In this document: piece after piece, positions 10,559-21,199 of the stretch
Position numbering within the stretch: position 1 is the first letter of the stretch
Layout: every line of letters starts with the position of its first letter
IMG/VR virus record: IMGVR_UViG_3300025949_000022
Span: 11,104 to 75,103 of that record
Origin: a virus
Strand: one strand, 5' to 3'
Length of the DNA: 64,000 bases
The notes under the pieces: generated by a model
What the model saw: only the letters and a program-made list of their open reading frames with translations
Databases searched by the model: none
What the model was told of the DNA's origin: nothing
Made by a program: the position numbers and the translations under genes

Positions 10559-10559
10559 A

Positions 10560-11147
10560 CTATTGACTTATAGAGTATCTAATTAAAGTATCATCCAAGT
10601 ATTGGCAATCTATAAAGTTGGTATCTCCGGTAACGTAGCTTCCCGATCCGCTTAATTGGTGAAATTCAGTTCCAAATGTTGGTGGAGAGCCATTATTATG
10701 AATCACTAATACAGAAACGCCCAATAATGCTCCTGTTAAATCGGCTGTAATGTTCCCAGTTTCCGGCGTCGCAACAGAACCATAAACAGTGTCTGCGCTA
10801 AACGCAAGTACTGTGCCTGTATCTTCGGGTGTTTGTTCTGGAACGAAATTTCCGCTTATGCCTTTCAACACCAAGTCCCCATCCAATATCCCGTCCTTAA
10901 ACCACCATTCAGCGTTTGTTCCGCCTGTGATAACGCCGTTTACAAGCGTGCCACCTGTATTTATGATGATAGAGAATTGCCCTGTACGATTATTGCCGAT
11001 TAAATAAGCTAATACCTCGGCGGTATCTACATAAGCCCTAAACACAAAGTAAGTCGTGTCATAGTAGTAAGTACGTGCGTCAACTGGCGTGCCTGTTAAC
11101 CCTATAGGCTTATTTGTGGCTGTGAATAGTGCGGGATTAAAGCTCAT
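10560..11147 (-). CDS. Putative virion/tail protein
   Basis: PVDAR motif typical of fibre-attachment domains; context. Confidence 0.5.
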   Translation of the reverse strand: MSFNPALFTATNKPIGLTGTPVDARTYYYDTTYFVFRAYVDTAEVLAYLIGNNRTGQFSIIINTGGTLVNGVITGGTNAEWWFKDGILDGDLVLKGISGNFVPEQTPEDTGTVLAFSADTVYGSVATPETGNITADLTGALLGVSVLVIHNNGSPPTFGTEFHQLSGSGSYVTGDTNFIDCQYLDDTLIRYSISQ

Positions 11148-12061
11148 TATGATGTTAATGTTAAATTATTTTGTCCAGATTGAAGTACCATTGGAATACG
11201 GGTAACATAGTACCGTTCCCCCCCAATAACTACCGGGCCTTGCATAACGCTATCAGGAATAAATCCGTAATTTAAAATAGTATTTAGCCAGCTAATCTTT
11301 ACCGGATTAGTTGCATCTTCCGCAACAGCTAAATAATTACCTGTTGCGGATGAACCAAATGGCAATGTATATGATACCGCGTTAGGAGTTATAGTGCCGC
11401 TGAATAAGAAAATAGCCGTATCAATAGTAGCATAAGGGTCTGTTGCAAACCATCCCCATTTTATCGGTTGTGTAGGCGGTGGTGGCGTAGGTGTTGATCC
11501 GGTTGCGCCTAAAACTGTTACTACTATTACTTGTGTTGGGTCGTTATTCGGGAAGCCATAAATACGCGATGGCGGTGCAGGCGGTGAAGTTGTGTCTAAA
11601 GTACTTCCCACGAGTTCAACGCCATTAATCGTTATGAATATTGGTATTACACTTGTTGCAAAAGGATTGCCATTATCATCTAAGAAAGGCAGATACCAAT
11701 TACCACCCCCGGCATCCAGTAATTGATTGCCGGAACGTACAATATCAATAGGCGCAAATGGCGTTGTTATGCCTATTGTAAACGCAGGGTTTTGGAAGTT
11801 AGGATCAATAGTATTTACAGTAGTATCAACACCGATTGCGGTCACTAATTTATCGTAAACAATAAGAAAATTTGTTGAAGTGTAATCCTGTAAATTATAC
11901 TGCCTAAGCACCGCAATACATAGCCGTGTTATTCTTCTTATAAACCCCCATTTTGCAGATAACGCACCACCAGCTAATGTTATTCTATTGGCCTCTGTTT
12001 TGTTGGCTGCAATAAGTTGCGCTGATAATATAGTTTGCTGAATTTCTGATTGAGTTGGCAT
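11147..12061 (-). CDS. Putative virion/tail protein with Pro-rich linker
   Basis: Context; PTPPPPTQP linker. Confidence 0.5.
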   Translation of the reverse strand: MPTQSEIQQTILSAQLIAANKTEANRITLAGGALSAKWGFIRRITRLCIAVLRQYNLQDYTSTNFLIVYDKLVTAIGVDTTVNTIDPNFQNPAFTIGITTPFAPIDIVRSGNQLLDAGGGNWYLPFLDDNGNPFATSVIPIFITINGVELVGSTLDTTSPPAPPSRIYGFPNNDPTQVIVVTVLGATGSTPTPPPPTQPIKWGWFATDPYATIDTAIFLFSGTITPNAVSYTLPFGSSATGNYLAVAEDATNPVKISWLNTILNYGFIPDSVMQGPVVIGGERYYVTRIPMVLQSGQNNLTLTS

Positions 12062-12062
12062 A

Positions 12063-12518
12063 TCATGTTTGAAGGTTTACGTAAATATTTGCGGCTAAAA
12101 TTTCGTTGTTTGCCGCAATGCCTAACCCTGCTACGCCAAACCGTTGCGCAGCGGCTAAAAACTTTTCTGCTATGTCGAGATTATTAAAATCAGATTCGCA
12201 ACAAGCATCGGATTGTACAAGCCGGTTTAGATAAGCAACGGTGTAAAAACCTTGCGCTAAATAGTTAACAGTTGTCACCCACGGACTGCCCGAAACATCA
12301 TCTGCAACAGTGCAAATAAATCTTAAATATTGGTCGGCTGTTATAGTGTAAGGCGCCGTTAAAGACGAACCCATATCAATGGTGGAAAGCAGCGTCCCAT
12401 TAGGGTCAAAAATGGTTAATATCCTTGATGATACTGTTCCATATGTGCCTGTATCAGTATAGGTTAATTGGTTACCTGCAATGTTGTTTGTAACATTTCC
12501 TGACGGGTTAGATGCCAT
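12063..12518 (-). CDS. Putative tail hub/virion protein
   Basis: First gene of fibre operon; beta-rich N-terminus, helical C-terminus. Confidence 0.45.
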   Translation of the reverse strand: MASNPSGNVTNNIAGNQLTYTDTGTYGTVSSRILTIFDPNGTLLSTIDMGSSLTAPYTITADQYLRFICTVADDVSGSPWVTTVNYLAQGFYTVAYLNRLVQSDACCESDFNNLDIAEKFLAAAQRFGVAGLGIAANNEILAANIYVNLQT

Positions 12519-12721
12519 TGTCTTTTTAATCTATAAATGCTTATCAAATATAATTAAAATACAAGGGCATGAATTACCATTTTGGTGTGAATAGATACGT
12601 GTTAATAGTGGCAATTCGGGGTGTTGTAGTAGATGATTTTCCCCAACATTAAGAGTGCCTAACTATAAATATTCTTTGGTTTCATATTTGTTTATATATT
12701 TGAGAACCAATTTTTGAAAAC

Positions 12722-13072
12722 ATGAAAAAACTAACCTTTGTGGCATTAATATGCCTGCTTTCTGCATGTAAGAAAGAACAAACCTCCCAAACGCTTACTG
12801 TATCCGTCTCCAATCTTCCCAACGGAACTACGTATAATATCAATATTACGGACAAGAAAAAAGGAACGGCGGTATTGCAGGTAACAAATGGAAGCGGGCC
12901 ATACAATCAAACAGCGGGCGTTACAAGCGGACAGCAAATCTCAATCGACTATAGATTTACTTATGTAGCAAATCCAGTCAATTCAGGGGTTTTAAATATA
13001 TCTGTCCCTTCAAAAGTTCTTTTTCAGACAGGACAGGCAGGTAACGGAATAGTTGATGTAACCGTTCCTTGA
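12722..13072 (+). CDS. Lipoprotein (moron-like)
   Basis: Lipobox LLSA|C then KKE; own TATATTTG promoter at 12695-12702. Confidence 0.75.
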   Translation: MKKLTFVALICLLSACKKEQTSQTLTVSVSNLPNGTTYNINITDKKKGTAVLQVTNGSGPYNQTAGVTSGQQISIDYRFTYVANPVNSGVLNISVPSKVLFQTGQAGNGIVDVTVP

Positions 13073-16000
13073 TTATAATGCCCTTTGTTCTGTTTTTGGT
13101 TTTGCCTTTTTATTTGTGAAAGAACTTACACCAATTCCAAATTGTGAGGGTATAAGTACCTTTAATGAATTAGTTATACCGCCTACTTTATAAGCATCGT
13201 AAAGGTCGGTAGCTGGTAATGGTATAAACTCCTGCGGAACATTTGGCCATAGATGATATGGTTGCCCTACCATGTCTTTACCAGCCATTAAATTTGCAGA
13301 ACTCCCCACTATAGGGTTTAATTTCCCACGTAAAAAGCTAATTGCCGCGTCAAACCGTGTAGGCTTGCCGAATTTCCCGCTTGTCAGGCTATTTGGCTTC
13401 GTAGCCCCGGCAGGTACTTTTTGCCCTGTTATCTGCTGGGATAAAAACACAACATATTGCGTTAACCCGCCTAAAATATCGTATCGTGTATCGCCGTCCT
13501 TTATCTTTAAAAAATCAGAGCCTCGCGGGTCGGTAGAAACGCTTAATCCTGCCGCTTTTGCCATGCCAAGTATTACCGCTGCTGTAGCTAATGTCTTACC
13601 GATATCTTTTGCCGCCAAAACTTTAGCTGATCGCGATAATCGCGGGTCACCCCAAAGATATAATGTTTGAATACGTGCCGCCATAAAACGCGGTGAAAAT
13701 AATAAGTTGCTTAATATAGCGGGTTGTTTGCCACCAAGCCAGTCAGGTATGCTACCCCGGCCGGAAAGAACATTAACTACAGTTGCTAAATCCCTAAACG
13801 CATCAGGGTTGTTTTTAAAGGTATAGCCGCGTTCTTGTAATTTAATGGCTTCTGATACGAATACCCCTGTTCTAATGGCGTTAAGGTACCCTGTATACGC
13901 TCGTTCGGCCCCCTGATGTACTTTTCCTAATACAGGTATCTTTTCGAGCAGGTTAGAGGTGAATTGTTCTTCCCTTGCTAATAATTCAGGGTTGTTCTTT
14001 TCTGAAATATACAGCCCGCTTTGCTTCATTAAATCATATTGTGGCGATGTTTTTATATCTGAAAACCAATCCCGATATTTCTTTTCAGAAAACGTCTGCC
14101 CAAACATAGTTTTTAGGGCTTTTATAGCTTCCATAGGGTGTGCTACCGTTGGAATTAAACCCTGTCTTAGCACCGCCGAAAAGTCCAATGTGGCTTTAAT
14201 AGCGCGTGGCAAAGAGGCTACATTTAATAGCACATCCTTTGTTTTCTCAATCTTACTGCGCTTGTCAAGTTCGCGCCTTGCTACATCTAGTTCGTATTCG
14301 TATCTTAATTCATCCCGTTTTCTGCGAAGATCCCGCACTTCCTGGCTTTCTTCGGGCGGTAAGGTTTTTTCTGGCTTGTCAAACTCCTTCCGGTCTATCT
14401 TGCCCTGAAACTCCTCGATGCTTTTTTGAAGTTGCGTTTTAGTCGCCCGTTCATTCTGCTCTTCATAGTATCCGTTTTCCTTGTCCAGTTCTTTCAGGCG
14501 TTTTCTTAACCCGTCTATTTTCTCATTCGCCGCTATTTTCTTAGCTTCGGGTAACTTCCTAAGCCCGTTTTCAGCATCTTCAATTTGGCTCAATAATTTA
14601 GCCTCATTTTTTAGGATGCGTATTTTGTCCTGTAGCTCGCTTTTGGTAGCAGGAGCATTGTATTTACCACTGATAAGGTCGTGCATATCCTTATCGCTGA
14701 TATCGTTTAACTCCAGTTCGTCTTTAATCCTGCGCACCACTTCGCCTAATTCAGTAATACCCTCTCGTGCTAAAGAGGTCACCATTTTTGCAACATAAGG
14801 CGCCGCTGCGCTAAGAAACTGCGCCGAAGCAGAAACCACGTCATTTAGTTGCCCGTTGGTACGCATAGCTTTCAGTTTATTGCTAAAATCTTCTGCTATC
14901 TTTTTTCGCTCCTCTACAAATTCAGCGTGGGTTTTAGCCTTTGTCCGGGGCATTCTCTTTATCGCTTTTTCAGCTTTTAAACGCGCTATTTCAGCCTGTG
15001 ATTCTTTTAACTTTTGCTCGTAGTCTTTATTGGCTTGTTCAAGCGACTGATATTTTTTAGTAACATCCGCCAATTCCTCTGGTGTTAGCTTATCGCCCTT
15101 TATATCGCGTTCCCTAACAATCATATTCTCTAAAGAATAGTTGTTATTCAGTTTGAATTTACCGCTGTTTAAGGCGCGTCCGGCGTCGCTTCTTGTTTGG
15201 TCGTTAGCATCTGCAACATCCTGAAAATCATTCAATGCGGCATCGCGTTTGGCGGTCAATTCGTCAAGTGTTTTGTCGCTTAATGTTGCACCTTCGTCCT
15301 GTAGCCGTTTATTTATTTCGATAATCTCGTCCGTCTTAGCCCCTACATACTTAGCTAAAATAGCGTTTTCAGTATCAGTTGCTACATGCTTTTCGGTCTT
15401 TATTTTATGTACCAAATCGTGGATATCGTAACCGTCTTTAAGTTTGGCATCTGCTTCGGCTTCAACAATTTCTCTGGTGCGTACACCGCCCTTATTGTCG
15501 CCTAAAGTGATATCAACCTTGTCGGCTTGCTCTCTTAAAGATTCTTTTTTCGATGAAACTGTCGGTTCTACTCCGGTTGGGTCGGATGGTTCTCTTTGTG
15601 GAGTTTTATTGCCCGTATCTTGTGGTTCGCCTGTTGAGGTGTCATTTTCGGGTTCTGATACAAGTCCTGTAGGTACTTCAGGTGTTCCGGCTTGATCTGA
15701 TCGTCCGGATTGTTGGTATTCTTCGTATCTTTTTGCATCTTCTGGTGTGATTCCTAATTCTGTTGCAGCCTGATTATGTTCTTCTATTTGACGCGGGCTA
15801 AGTTCGCCAATTTTATTTGATTTTGCATCATTAATATGATTTTGTATATCTTCGCTCGTAAGCCCCTGTCGCCTAATAGACGAACCGCCTAATCCTTCAA
15901 TTATTGGATAGTCGTCATTCTTATCCATTTCCATGACTTTATCAAGCAATCGTTTCGCTGGTGCGGTTTCATAATTGCCTTTAGAAATATCAGAAACGGC

Positions 16001-18073
16001 TTTTCTTTTGTCGGCAGATGACATGCCTAAATCAATACGCGCGCTTGGGTCGTTCTCTTTAAAGTTTTCCGGTACGATTATACCATGAGTAATAGCGTCA
16101 ATAGCTTTTTGCCTTAAAGGGTCAGTAGTTGCTACCGGATTATTTGCAGGTTCTTCATTAACTGGAACATCAGCAACCTTGTTATCTTCTGCGGTAGGCT
16201 GTTCCGGTGTTTGAGCAGGTACTTCCTGATTTGGTTGGGGTTGTTCATTTTTTGATGGGCGTTCTAAGGTTTCAAGGTCGTACCTGTCCTGTGGTATTTC
16301 TTCCTTGACACCATTAACTGTTTTATAAAATGTTCCTTCATCTTCCTCTGTTCCTTTGGAGTAGGTTGAGCGTTTACCCGTTGCCAGTGTTCGTAGTTTA
16401 TCATTAGCCTGGTCAATCTTATTTTGCAATAACTGTTCACCGGGGCTTGGTTCTTCATTAAAGGGCGCGGTTAGCCCGGTACGATATGCCTGTTGTTCGT
16501 CAAGTTGCTTTTGCAGATTGTCACGCCCTATTATTAAGTCAACGGCTTTAGTTGCCTTTTCTTCAGGAAGTCCTTTCGGGATGGATTTTGTTATAGCCGC
16601 TAATTTATCTACATGGTCATTTGTCGCGGCTATTTCTTCCGGCGTCCAACCAACCTGCTGCCCGTTTTCGGATATAAATTGTTTGGTTTTAGCAACATTG
16701 GCATCCGAACTGTCTTTAATAAGGTTGTCAAGCACTACATTTTTATATTCGCTTAGCGGGGTGAGCTTTGATATATCACCCAAAGAGCCTACCGCGCCGA
16801 ATAATGGCGCGGCTTTTAGTGTTTCACCCTCTTGATCGGCTAATGTTCCTAAACTTTCATTGAAAACAGGTTGATCGTTCGCCAAATCAACCCCTTTTTT
16901 TAAGGCAAAGTTTGATACATTGAGTGCCGAAAGGTCGGTGACCGCCTTTTTAGTGTTTTTAAGAAAGTTTACGCCACCTTGTAATGCTTTGTCTCCCCAA
17001 TCCTTTGCTCCTTGTTTAAGCAGATCGGTAAAGCCCTCTGCGGTTATGTCTTTCCCAGCTGCTTCTTTAATAGCGTTCATGGTGATGTTTTTTACTACAT
17101 CGTCTTTTAATGAGCTACTAAGTGAATTGAATATACCGTGTCCTAAATCACCCATCAGCAACCCATTAACGCCGCCTGTCCCTAATATGAATGCTGTTTT
17201 AACTACAGGATTGATCTTGGCGCCGTTTTCTTCGGCCTTATCCATTATTTCCTTGCCCTGTCCCATCCCTTGCAGGTATAGTGTTGCGCCGCCAGTTCCT
17301 TCTGCTGCGGCTGCGGCTGGTAAAAACTCTGCCAATCCCCCGAGGTTAGCCATTGTTTTACTTTTCTCAACCTGATTTTCGCTTGTTTTGGACAGGAAAT
17401 CAGTTGCTTTATCTGCTGAATTGAATGCCTGATCGAAATCGTGCGTATCCGTTAACCCAAGTCCTCTTTGTGAATTAGCTGTTAATTGAGCAAGGTAGGC
17501 CGCGCCCTTAACAACCTGTAATCCTCCTTTAGTAGCTTTTTGAGCCAAATAGGTTAGTCCGTTCTGTATTTTTCCGGGCAACGTTTGCGCATAAGCATAG
17601 TCGCCTTGTTGCGATTGTGGCGTTTCGGATATGGTTTCGTTAGCGTGGCTGGCTACGGACTGTTGTGTTTGTTGGGTTAACGCTTTTTGTTCGTCAGGCG
17701 ATAGTTGCTTCCAGTAATTCTGCATAGCCGATTGCCCTGATTTAACCCACGGTTCTTGTTGCGGCTGTGTGGGTTGTGCGGGTTCTTGCCCCGGCATAAA
17801 AACACCTGAACTATGCTGTTGGGTATTTTGGAAAGGATTTAAGCCACTGCCAGATAAGTCCGCACCATTTGGCAAAGCGTTGCCGACTGGACTTTTTTTT
17901 TGACTATAGTCTATCTGGCTGTTATAATCAGGATATTTTGCAACGATCTTTTTTACAAGTTCGGCGTTATCAATGCTTGCATAATCAGGATATTTCGCCT
18001 TTATCTTAGCCGCAAAATCATCTACAGACAATTTAGGCTGTTCCTGTACTGGCGCGTCTGTGATTTCTCCCAT
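13073..18073 (-). CDS. Large internal virion (DNA ejection/cargo) protein
   Basis: 1666 aa, Q/P-rich N-terminus, coiled coils; third of three successively larger genes after the tail stabiliser. Confidence 0.65.
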   Translation of the reverse strand: MGEITDAPVQEQPKLSVDDFAAKIKAKYPDYASIDNAELVKKIVAKYPDYNSQIDYSQKKSPVGNALPNGADLSGSGLNPFQNTQQHSSGVFMPGQEPAQPTQPQQEPWVKSGQSAMQNYWKQLSPDEQKALTQQTQQSVASHANETISETPQSQQGDYAYAQTLPGKIQNGLTYLAQKATKGGLQVVKGAAYLAQLTANSQRGLGLTDTHDFDQAFNSADKATDFLSKTSENQVEKSKTMANLGGLAEFLPAAAAAEGTGGATLYLQGMGQGKEIMDKAEENGAKINPVVKTAFILGTGGVNGLLMGDLGHGIFNSLSSSLKDDVVKNITMNAIKEAAGKDITAEGFTDLLKQGAKDWGDKALQGGVNFLKNTKKAVTDLSALNVSNFALKKGVDLANDQPVFNESLGTLADQEGETLKAAPLFGAVGSLGDISKLTPLSEYKNVVLDNLIKDSSDANVAKTKQFISENGQQVGWTPEEIAATNDHVDKLAAITKSIPKGLPEEKATKAVDLIIGRDNLQKQLDEQQAYRTGLTAPFNEEPSPGEQLLQNKIDQANDKLRTLATGKRSTYSKGTEEDEGTFYKTVNGVKEEIPQDRYDLETLERPSKNEQPQPNQEVPAQTPEQPTAEDNKVADVPVNEEPANNPVATTDPLRQKAIDAITHGIIVPENFKENDPSARIDLGMSSADKRKAVSDISKGNYETAPAKRLLDKVMEMDKNDDYPIIEGLGGSSIRRQGLTSEDIQNHINDAKSNKIGELSPRQIEEHNQAATELGITPEDAKRYEEYQQSGRSDQAGTPEVPTGLVSEPENDTSTGEPQDTGNKTPQREPSDPTGVEPTVSSKKESLREQADKVDITLGDNKGGVRTREIVEAEADAKLKDGYDIHDLVHKIKTEKHVATDTENAILAKYVGAKTDEIIEINKRLQDEGATLSDKTLDELTAKRDAALNDFQDVADANDQTRSDAGRALNSGKFKLNNNYSLENMIVRERDIKGDKLTPEELADVTKKYQSLEQANKDYEQKLKESQAEIARLKAEKAIKRMPRTKAKTHAEFVEERKKIAEDFSNKLKAMRTNGQLNDVVSASAQFLSAAAPYVAKMVTSLAREGITELGEVVRRIKDELELNDISDKDMHDLISGKYNAPATKSELQDKIRILKNEAKLLSQIEDAENGLRKLPEAKKIAANEKIDGLRKRLKELDKENGYYEEQNERATKTQLQKSIEEFQGKIDRKEFDKPEKTLPPEESQEVRDLRRKRDELRYEYELDVARRELDKRSKIEKTKDVLLNVASLPRAIKATLDFSAVLRQGLIPTVAHPMEAIKALKTMFGQTFSEKKYRDWFSDIKTSPQYDLMKQSGLYISEKNNPELLAREEQFTSNLLEKIPVLGKVHQGAERAYTGYLNAIRTGVFVSEAIKLQERGYTFKNNPDAFRDLATVVNVLSGRGSIPDWLGGKQPAILSNLLFSPRFMAARIQTLYLWGDPRLSRSAKVLAAKDIGKTLATAAVILGMAKAAGLSVSTDPRGSDFLKIKDGDTRYDILGGLTQYVVFLSQQITGQKVPAGATKPNSLTSGKFGKPTRFDAAISFLRGKLNPIVGSSANLMAGKDMVGQPYHLWPNVPQEFIPLPATDLYDAYKVGGITNSLKVLIPSQFGIGVSSFTNKKAKPKTEQRAL

Positions 18074-18079
18074 TGTAAT

Positions 18080-19564
18080 TTAATTAAATATCCCTAAAGG
18101 GTCTTTATGCTTTGGTTGTGCCTGTTGCCCGTTAACTACGGGAAGATGTTTTTTACCCCCTAATGTTTGTAAGGATGATATGTCTACCTTTTCGCCTGTT
18201 AGCTGATTAGTTAACTCGTTAAGTTTTATGTTAGCGTTAGGGTCTTTAGGGTTAATCCAAACGGTATGTGCGGGTGAAACTTCTGTCCAGCTATTTGTAG
18301 AAGCATCCCACTTTTGTTTTGCAGGCACGCCGAAACCAATTTGCCCCGCAAGGTTACCTTTCCCTTTATTTATCAGAAGCGGCCCATCATAAGTGGGATC
18401 AGCGGCTATTTTTGCTTTTAGCTCTTCCCCACTATTCGGCACACCTGTAAGCATATCTGTAATTAACTTTTGGCGGTAAATAGGTTGCGTATTCTTTTCC
18501 TGTTTATCTTTTTGCATCGCCAAACGCTGCTCTGCTAAACTTAAATTGGCTTCGGATAATGCTAATCTTTCATCACTTGTGTTTCTTAGTTTCTCCTGTC
18601 CTATGTTCGCATCAAGCCTATTAGCGAAGTCGGTATAAACCTTACCATACCCAGCATTTTGACGTTGTACTAATTCTGTCAGTTTGTCTTTTGCGTGGGG
18701 GTCTAATGGGTCAATCCCTGCGGCCTGTAATGTGGCAGCATAATGGGGTTGATTGGCATTTTGTATAATATGGTCGGCGATAGCATTTACTGTCGGCGCA
18801 TCGGTTGGGTATATTACGCCCCCATGCCCATTTGGTTGTCCGCCAATATCACCTACATGGGGGTCAATGCCATTTTGCTGTAACATAGGTGCAAATTCAG
18901 GCTGCGACAATACTGTACGTGCCTGCGCTATATGTGCCCCCCTGTCGGGTGCTGTAATATTATAACCGTTAACCGTCTCCTTTTTAGCTACAGCATGGCC
19001 TAATTTTATCGCATCGTTCATGTCCAGGTTCCGTTCTATTAAATCAGGCGGCGGCGCGTAAAGGTTTCCTACGGGGTCTTTCTGATATTGCGTAAGCCAG
19101 TCTATACCCGCTTGTTTGCTTTCGGGGGTATAGTTTTTGCTTTTATCAGCTATCTGTGTAGCATAGGCAGTATGCCGTAAATTAGCTTCATGCGTGGAGT
19201 TGGCTACTGTGTTTAAATCGTTTATCCTTTGAACAAACTGTGGCTGTGTAAAAGGGTCTTGCCCTGTTTTTGTATGATAATCAGCCGCATCGTTTAAAAC
19301 CTGATCGAATTTAGGTTGCAGCCAGTTGGTGTACTCATTGGCTATTTTTGGCGTTTTCTGCTCATAAAGGTGCTGTGCATATTGCGCATTAGCCTTTTGT
19401 TGTGCTTGTTGTATTGCCGCCGCATCATCCCTGCGTTGCTGTGCCTGCTCGTTGGCAAGTTGCATAAAATATCCTACCGTTCTGCTTTGAGGCAATACGT
19501 AAGCTAAACCCTGTCCTTGCTGGGATTCATTACCGTCAAATCCACCTATGTCTTGTGCGTCCAT
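18080..19564 (-). CDS. Internal virion/ejection protein
   Basis: Q/A-rich helical protein; position. Confidence 0.55.
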   Translation of the reverse strand: MDAQDIGGFDGNESQQGQGLAYVLPQSRTVGYFMQLANEQAQQRRDDAAAIQQAQQKANAQYAQHLYEQKTPKIANEYTNWLQPKFDQVLNDAADYHTKTGQDPFTQPQFVQRINDLNTVANSTHEANLRHTAYATQIADKSKNYTPESKQAGIDWLTQYQKDPVGNLYAPPPDLIERNLDMNDAIKLGHAVAKKETVNGYNITAPDRGAHIAQARTVLSQPEFAPMLQQNGIDPHVGDIGGQPNGHGGVIYPTDAPTVNAIADHIIQNANQPHYAATLQAAGIDPLDPHAKDKLTELVQRQNAGYGKVYTDFANRLDANIGQEKLRNTSDERLALSEANLSLAEQRLAMQKDKQEKNTQPIYRQKLITDMLTGVPNSGEELKAKIAADPTYDGPLLINKGKGNLAGQIGFGVPAKQKWDASTNSWTEVSPAHTVWINPKDPNANIKLNELTNQLTGEKVDISSLQTLGGKKHLPVVNGQQAQPKHKDPLGIFN

Positions 19565-19566
19565 TA

Positions 19567-20271
19567 TTAGTAAGGATTAGGTATTTGATAAGGTACAACA
19601 TTGCCTGATACGGGATATGGTGAGGTGTTTTGATAGCCTCCGCCTGCTGCTGATAAGTAAGGATTCCCATTCACCTGTCCCATTGTTTGTACAGTTGGCG
19701 GATTGCTGGTTGCCGCCCCTTTTGCATAACCGATTGCGGCAGAACCGATATCGTCAAGTCCACTATATAAGTTTTGCTGTCCTGCTCCGTACATTGAAGC
19801 GGCGAGGTTTGCAGTCCGTAAATAGGGCTGTAAGGTATTGTTATTATATAATTTACCCCTCCATCCTGCTTGATTTTGTAAAGCGCCCTCGTATTGGCCT
19901 AAAGCACTTTCTTTATACTGTGCCTCCTGTGCGTTTAACTGGTTAGTTGCCGCATTACTTCCCTGTCCGATACGGGTTGCTAAATCCAATATATCGCCTC
20001 CCGATGTTGCGCCTTGTGAACCACGATAAAACTGCGAGGCGGCATTTCTATTAATGTCGTTACGCGCATTAGCATCGCCCGGCATACCGTTCGTATAATT
20101 ACGTGCGGCCAAATCTGTTCCCAACTGAACTTCGGCAGGCATTTCTTCAGGCGTAAAAATATTATTCTTAGCCATACGTTTTGCATCTGCGGCTTGGTTA
20201 GCGCCTTTGATAGCCTTATAAGCTCCTAACCCTGCTGAAACTACTGCTGCTCCGGCGAATACGAATGCCAT
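19567..20271 (-). CDS. Ejection (pilot) protein
   Basis: Hydrophobic Ala/Gly N-terminus followed by A/Q/N-rich helices, typical of podovirus pilot proteins. Confidence 0.65.
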   Translation of the reverse strand: MAFVFAGAAVVSAGLGAYKAIKGANQAADAKRMAKNNIFTPEEMPAEVQLGTDLAARNYTNGMPGDANARNDINRNAASQFYRGSQGATSGGDILDLATRIGQGSNAATNQLNAQEAQYKESALGQYEGALQNQAGWRGKLYNNNTLQPYLRTANLAASMYGAGQQNLYSGLDDIGSAAIGYAKGAATSNPPTVQTMGQVNGNPYLSAAGGGYQNTSPYPVSGNVVPYQIPNPY

Positions 20272-20723
20272 AACTCCTCCTGTTTTTTATCTCCCAAAAA
20301 TGGGTTTTCTCTTTTTTCTATAATATCTTCCTCTACTAAATCGGCAGCTTTTTCTATAGCCTCCGGCGTGTCGTTTTCAGGCATCCTTTCGGTAGGGTGA
20401 AATGTGATTAGCATCGTGTCTGTTATCGTCCTGAAAACACGTCTCGTCCCCGGTTCTGTTACCCCTCTTTTATATCCGATTACACGTTCCCATCCTTTGC
20501 CTTTTAAGTAAATATCAACAACCCCAAACGCGATAACATATTGGTGTTGCGTCTTGTGGCATTTACTGCTAATTTCTACCCCGGCAGGCATAAATAATTG
20601 ACGTGAATAAAGCCCTTTAGTGAACTCATGCACCACCGGCAAGTCTATCTGTGGTCGCGAAGCAATCTCTGCCTGCACCATGTCTAAAACTTCGTCTTCA
20701 GTATATGTTCTTTCTGTTGCCAT
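20241..20723 (-). CDS. Cupin-fold phage protein
   Basis: H.F..GLY.R...MPAG.....K.HK..H motif. Confidence 0.65.
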   Translation of the reverse strand: MATERTYTEDEVLDMVQAEIASRPQIDLPVVHEFTKGLYSRQLFMPAGVEISSKCHKTQHQYVIAFGVVDIYLKGKGWERVIGYKRGVTEPGTRRVFRTITDTMLITFHPTERMPENDTPEAIEKAADLVEEDIIEKRENPFLGDKKQEELWHSYSPEQQ

Positions 20724-20742
20724 TAGTCCCTAAAGTTATACA

Positions 20743-21198
20743 TTATTTACCACTTTTTATTTTTGCAATTGCCGCATCATAAGCATTTAAATTTGTTCCG
20801 TAACTGGTTTGATTTAATTGCGCTACAGGGTATTTATGCGATGATGTTTTACTGCCTAACCACCCATCGGCAGGGGATAAGTCCGGCATGATATCCTCCT
20901 CGGTTTTTGCATCAGGAACCACGGCAGGATTAGCTTTCCATTTGTTGACTAATTGCGCCCTGTAATCAAGTAAATCTTTCTGCACCTGTGGCACTTGGTC
21001 GTATGTTAATGTAAAGTGCGGATTCTGCGCTTTGTAGCTGTCAAACATCTGCTGACTTAACTTCGTATCGCGGTTATCCAGTGCCGGATTGCCTTTCATT
21101 CCTTTAGCCTGAAGATAGTCAATGTATGCGTTCCACTGCGCCCGCTGTTCGGTCGTTAATGGGTGTGATTGCATGGCCGCTGCTTTTACATAAGTCAT
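20743..21198 (-). CDS. Putative virion cargo protein
   Basis: N-terminus MTYVKAA; DGWLGSKT resembles a peptidoglycan-binding DG..G..T motif. Confidence 0.45.
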   Translation of the reverse strand: MTYVKAAAMQSHPLTTEQRAQWNAYIDYLQAKGMKGNPALDNRDTKLSQQMFDSYKAQNPHFTLTYDQVPQVQKDLLDYRAQLVNKWKANPAVVPDAKTEEDIMPDLSPADGWLGSKTSSHKYPVAQLNQTSYGTNLNAYDAAIAKIKSGK

Positions 21199-21199
21199 A

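Noticed and set aside
13073-18073. Virion RNA polymerase
   Set aside because: No DxDxD catalytic motif or DPBB signature seen
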